Below, one piece after another: positions 60,665 to 64,000 of a stretch of 64,000 nt of DNA. The stretch is from assembly GCA_039586035.1 (NCBI GenBank), contig JBDHLD010000014.1, positions 1 through 64,000 of the forward strand, given 5' to 3'. Origin of the DNA: Gemmatimonadota bacterium (GTDB lineage: Bacteria; Gemmatimonadota; Gemmatimonadetes; Longimicrobiales; Gaopeijiaceae). The position numbers and the translations under genes are program-made. Every line of letters starts with the position of its first letter. Within the stretch, counting starts at the first letter, position 1. The notes beneath the pieces were generated by a model. The model made no database searches and was not told the origin of the DNA. It saw only the letters and a list, made by a program, of their open reading frames with translations.

Positions 60665-61744
60665 TCACGTTTGTGCTCGCGCTTCTGCCAGGGTGGCCAG
60701 AGTTCGCACGATTGCTTGACGATCCACGTCCTGGTGGGTCACGGCGCGCAGCCGGTGCCTCCCGAATCTGGTCATCAGAATTCTGCGGTTCTCCAAAAAT
60801 TTCAACAGGTTATCTGCCACGCTCACCGGGCCGTCGACTTCGATGAAGACGATGTTGGTCTCCGGGAGCGCCGCGTGGAGACCGCTCGTCGACCGGATCC
60901 CCTGGGCGAGCTGGGTGGCCAACTCGTGATCTCTCGCGAGGCGATCCAGCTGGTGATCGAGGGCGTGCAGCACCGCAGCGGCCAGGATGCCCGTCTGGCG
61001 CATGGCGCCACCGAGGCGCCGGCGTACGTGCCAGGCCTCCCGCATGGTCGGCTCGTCGCCGGCCAGCATGGATCCCACAGGCGCTCCGAGCCCCTTGGAG
61101 AGCGCCACCATCACCGTATCCGCGTACCCCGCCAAATCGGACGCGGGCGCGCTCAGGGCCACGGCCGCATTCCAGAGTCGGGCACCGTCCAGGTGGATGC
61201 GAAGCCCCGCCTCGTCCGCCAACGCCCGGTGACCGGCCATGCACTCGAGGGACATGACGCGCCCGCCCGAGTCCATGTGGGTATTCTCCAGGGCCAGGAC
61301 CCGGTCCCGCAACAGGTAGCGGGAGCGAGGGTTCAACACCTCCGCCACCCGTGCCGGTGTGAGCAGGCCGTCCGCGGTTTCGATGGGCCGCAGCTGGAGG
61401 CCGGACAGGACCCCGGCCCCTCCCTCTTCCCAGTGAACGATGTGGGCTCTGGACTCCACGAGCACGCCGGTGCCGGGTGAGCCGAGCACCGCCAGCGCGA
61501 CCTGGTTCGCCATCGTGCCGCTGGGAAGGAAGAGGGCGCGCTCCTTGCCCAGGAGCTCTGCCATCCGCACCTCGAGGCGCCGCATGGTGGGGTCATCGCC
61601 GTAGACCTCGTCTCCCACCGGGGCGTTGGCGATGGCCTCCCTCATGGCTGCGGTGGGACGCGTGACCGTATCGCTGCGGAGGTCGATGAAGCTCGGCGCG
61701 TCTCCATCCCCACGCGGGACTTCTGCGGGATCCGCCTCGGTCAT
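60665..61744 (-). CDS. ltaE: Low-specificity L-threonine aldolase (PLP-dependent)
   Basis: DLRSDTVTRPT..., PLP Lys region (ALSKGLGAPVGS). ATG at 61744; the track ORF is extended. Confidence 0.8.
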   Translation of the reverse strand: MTEADPAEVPRGDGDAPSFIDLRSDTVTRPTAAMREAIANAPVGDEVYGDDPTMRRLEVRMAELLGKERALFLPSGTMANQVALAVLGSPGTGVLVESRAHIVHWEEGGAGVLSGLQLRPIETADGLLTPARVAEVLNPRSRYLLRDRVLALENTHMDSGGRVMSLECMAGHRALADEAGLRIHLDGARLWNAAVALSAPASDLAGYADTVMVALSKGLGAPVGSMLAGDEPTMREAWHVRRRLGGAMRQTGILAAAVLHALDHQLDRLARDHELATQLAQGIRSTSGLHAALPETNIVFIEVDGPVSVADNLLKFLENRRILMTRFGRHRLRAVTHQDVDRQAIVRTLATLAEARAQT

Positions 61745-61757
61745 GAGGAGCCCTATC

Positions 61758-61976
61758 TCACTCGGTGGATTGCTTCTCCAACTTCGACAGCCGACGGCTG
61801 ATGGAGATGATCCATCCACCGATGAGGAGCCAGGCGATGCCGTACGCGACGAAGACGTGCCAGTACGGCCGCATGCTCTGAGCGCCGAGATTGCCACCGG
61901 GCGCTTGCGCCGAGACCTCGAGGGCGCACAGGAGCAGGAACGCGGCGAGGGGTAGGGCGGCGCGGAGTGATTTCAC
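61758..61976 (-). CDS. ccmD: Heme exporter protein D (CcmD)-like small membrane protein
   Basis: 72 aa, a GTG start overlapping the ccmC stop (GTGA). TM helix plus motif YWHVFVAYGIAWLLIGGWIISISRRLSKLE typical of CcmD. Unusually it has an extra N-terminal hydrophobic/signal-like segment. Confidence 0.6.
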   Translation of the reverse strand: MKSLRAALPLAAFLLLCALEVSAQAPGGNLGAQSMRPYWHVFVAYGIAWLLIGGWIISISRRLSKLEKQSTE

Positions 61977-62707
61977 GAGACACCCTCCATGGTGTCGGAC
62001 CTGCCGTAGGCGTGAGCCCGTGACGGGGTGGCTGTCGGGACGTCGCCCCTGATCGAATGCTCGAGAGCATACCGGAGCAGGAACCCGGCGAAGAAGAGTA
62101 GCGTGAACGACACGAGGCCTGTCATGAGCGTCTGAAGCATGGCCGGGTGCAGCGTCGGCCCTTCGGGCTTCACCACCACGGGCTGTGGATGAAGGGAGCG
62201 GAACCACACCACGCTCAGGTGGATGAGCGGGATGTTGAAGGCACCGATGATGCCCACGATGGCGGCGAACCGCTTGCCCCGCTCGGGATTCTCCGTCGAG
62301 GCCCGGACCATGAAGTATCCGAGGTAGATGAACCAGAGCAGGAGCGTGAGCGTCAAGCGGGGCTCCCAGGTCCACCAGGTGCCCCAGGCGACCCGGGCCC
62401 AGAGAGGACCGGAGGTGATCATGACCGTGGTGAAGACCATGCCTCCCTCCGCGGCCGCCTGAGCCGCCATGTCCAGCCGCTCGTCCCGGAGCCAGAGGTA
62501 CACGGCGCTCGTGAGGGCGACGATCCCGAACGCCATGAAGCCGACCCAGGCGCCGGGCACGTGGATGTAGAAGATCCGCTGGACCACCCCCATGCTGGCC
62601 TCAGTGGGGACCCAGAAGGCCACCTGCCACATCAGGAGTGCCATGCCGGCCACGCCCAGGAGGCCCAGGCCCGTCCCGGTCCATCGAAGCTTACGATCCT
62701 CTGCCAA
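61973..62707 (-). CDS. ccmC: Heme exporter protein C (CcmC)
   Basis: WWD domain (WGTWWTWEPRLT), conserved His residues, 6 TM. Confidence 0.9.
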   Translation of the reverse strand: MAEDRKLRWTGTGLGLLGVAGMALLMWQVAFWVPTEASMGVVQRIFYIHVPGAWVGFMAFGIVALTSAVYLWLRDERLDMAAQAAAEGGMVFTTVMITSGPLWARVAWGTWWTWEPRLTLTLLLWFIYLGYFMVRASTENPERGKRFAAIVGIIGAFNIPLIHLSVVWFRSLHPQPVVVKPEGPTLHPAMLQTLMTGLVSFTLLFFAGFLLRYALEHSIRGDVPTATPSRAHAYGRSDTMEGVS

Positions 62708-62710
62708 GAG

Positions 62711-63391
62711 CTACTCCTCCATGACGAATCGGAACAGCGAAGCACCCACGCCCAGGGCCACGATGGCGAACGCGCCCAACATCCTCAAGCTCCCGGCCAC
62801 TTCAGACGGCGGTCGGCCGGCAAAGACACGGCTGGTGGCCGACGCCCCGTAGATGACGACTGGGACCAGGAGCGGAAAGACCAGGATCGGAAGGAGCGTG
62901 TCTCCCATCCTCGTTCGGTTCGATATGCCGGCGAAGAGCGTGCTGATGGCCACGAACCCCAGCGTGCCCAGCCCGACAACCCCCACCAACAGCGCGGGGT
63001 TCCCCCGAAGGCTCAGTCCGAAGAATAGCGCGAACACCAGCAGGACCAGAATCACCGTCAGGCCGACGATGACGAAGTTCGACAGGACCTTGGCCAGGTA
63101 CAGCGCGTCCCTGGGGATGGGGCTCAACAGGACGCCCTGGATCGCCCGCTCCTCCTCTTCGAGCGCGAATGTGCGGCCCACACCCAGCAGTCCACCGAAG
63201 ACGATCGTGAGCCAGATGAAGCCTGACGCGACGTCCGACGGTCGGACCAGCGTGGGATCGAGGGCGTAACCGAAAAGCACCCCGGCGAGTACGGCGAACG
63301 CACCCATGGAAGCCAGGCGCTCCCGCGTCCTCAGCTCCAGCGTCAGGTCCTTGCGGACGACCGCTCCGAGCTGGGCGAGGTATCCGCTCAC
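62711..63391 (-). CDS. ccmB: Heme exporter protein B (CcmB)
   Basis: 226 aa, 6-TM ABC-2-type permease with a CcmB pattern (LELRTRERLASM..., FGGLLGVGRTFALEEEE). Confidence 0.85.
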   Translation of the reverse strand: MSGYLAQLGAVVRKDLTLELRTRERLASMGAFAVLAGVLFGYALDPTLVRPSDVASGFIWLTIVFGGLLGVGRTFALEEEERAIQGVLLSPIPRDALYLAKVLSNFVIVGLTVILVLLVFALFFGLSLRGNPALLVGVVGLGTLGFVAISTLFAGISNRTRMGDTLLPILVFPLLVPVVIYGASATSRVFAGRPPSEVAGSLRMLGAFAIVALGVGASLFRFVMEE

Positions 63392-64000
63392 CCTGCGGCC
63401 TCGACCGTTTCGCGGTAGAAGTGCTCGAACCCGTCGGCACCCACCTCGGTCCGGGTACCGTGGTAGACCAGCCTCCCGCCCACCTGGATCGCCACACGGT
63501 CCGCGAGCTCCAGCCCCTGCCCGAGGTTGTGTGTGACCAAGACGACGGTTCGGCGACCGTCCTTCAACGACGCCAGCACGCCTCGGAGCGTCTCGGCAGC
63601 GTGGGCGTCGAGCCCCGTGTACGGCTCGTCGAGGAGCACGATCTCGGGATCATGGAGGAGCGTCCGCGCGAGGGCCAGCCTCTGGCGCATCCCCCTGGAC
63701 AGCGTGCGGACCTCTGAGTCGGCCCGACCCGCGAGCCCGACACCGGCGAGGCGCTCGCCGATCCTCTGCTCGAGGTCAGGCAAGCCGTACAGCCTACCGT
63801 AGAACCGCAGGTTCTCCCGACCCGTGAGGCGGCTGTAGAGGAAGCTCTGATGGGACAGAACACCGATGGATCGATGGGAATCCGGGTCACCCGCCTGGAG
63901 CAGCCGGCCTCGGACGCGCACCTCACCATGCGTGGCTCGCAGCATGCCCGAGAGAAGCCCCAATACCGTGCTCTTGCCGGCGCCGTTGGGCCCGAAAAGG
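63388..64000 (-). CDS. ccmA: Heme exporter ATP-binding protein CcmA (partial; N-terminus beyond window end)
   Basis: Walker A (GPNGAGKSTVLGLL) at the window edge, signature LSRGMRQRLALAR, Walker B ILLDEP. Its stop overlaps the ccmB start. Confidence 0.85.
   Translation of the reverse strand, partial: LFGPNGAGKSTVLGLLSGMLRATHGEVRVRGRLLQAGDPDSHRSIGVLSHQSFLYSRLTGRENLRFYGRLYGLPDLEQRIGERLAGVGLAGRADSEVRTLSRGMRQRLALARTLLHDPEIVLLDEPYTGLDAHAAETLRGVLASLKDGRRTVVLVTHNLGQGLELADRVAIQVGGRLVYHGTRTEVGADGFEHFYRETVEAAG

Overview
This is a dense, high-GC (roughly 68-70%) bacterial chromosomal segment with about 60 protein genes, most of them on the minus strand, plus one tRNA and one SRP RNA. Many genes are joined by ATGA/GTGA stop-start overlaps, and a large share of starts are GTG or TTG. 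Because of this, many 5' ends in the ORF track are over-extended read-through from the upstream gene frame, and I have trimmed them. The content is mainly housekeeping, found in this order along the window. At the 5' end: a HlyD/MacAB-type efflux adaptor and two FtsX-like permeases, iscS-mnmA, grpE-dnaJ, cinA and pgsA. In the middle: dnaX-ybaB-recR with SRP RNA upstream, yraN, DAHP synthase, smc, rsfS-rplI-DUF2232-rpsF/R, NfeD-flotillin, an M20 peptidase, an H+/Na+-pyrophosphatase and prs-rplY-pth. Towards the 3' end: tRNA-Gln, ispE, pdxJ, hflX, rarA, the CCA enzyme, alaS, recA, a MerA/Lpd-like oxidoreductase, ltaE and ccmABCD. Lineage hints are a T9SS C-terminal sorting domain, MglA/MglB and a BshB1-like deacetylase; they suggest an FCB-group or Gemmatimonadota-like organism, held with low confidence. 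I found no CRISPR arrays, transposases, integrases or prophage genes. The most interesting items are: (1) mglB-mglA together with a tiny membrane protein, translationally coupled into the dnaX-ybaB-recR operon. (2) An in-frame ribosomal protein S6-S18 fusion. (3) A catalytically dead subtilisin-like protein with a T9SS sorting domain, coupled to smc and an MBL hydrolase. (4) A degenerate ParA/MinD-like, TM, 2xSPOR protein overlapping the smc start. (5) A TVP38/DedA-DUF547 fusion in an operon with a MerA-like flavoprotein and a DUF2064 protein. All coordinates derived from the ORF track are exact. Coordinates for RNAs and hairpins come from reading the printed sequence by hand and may be off by about 1-2 nt.
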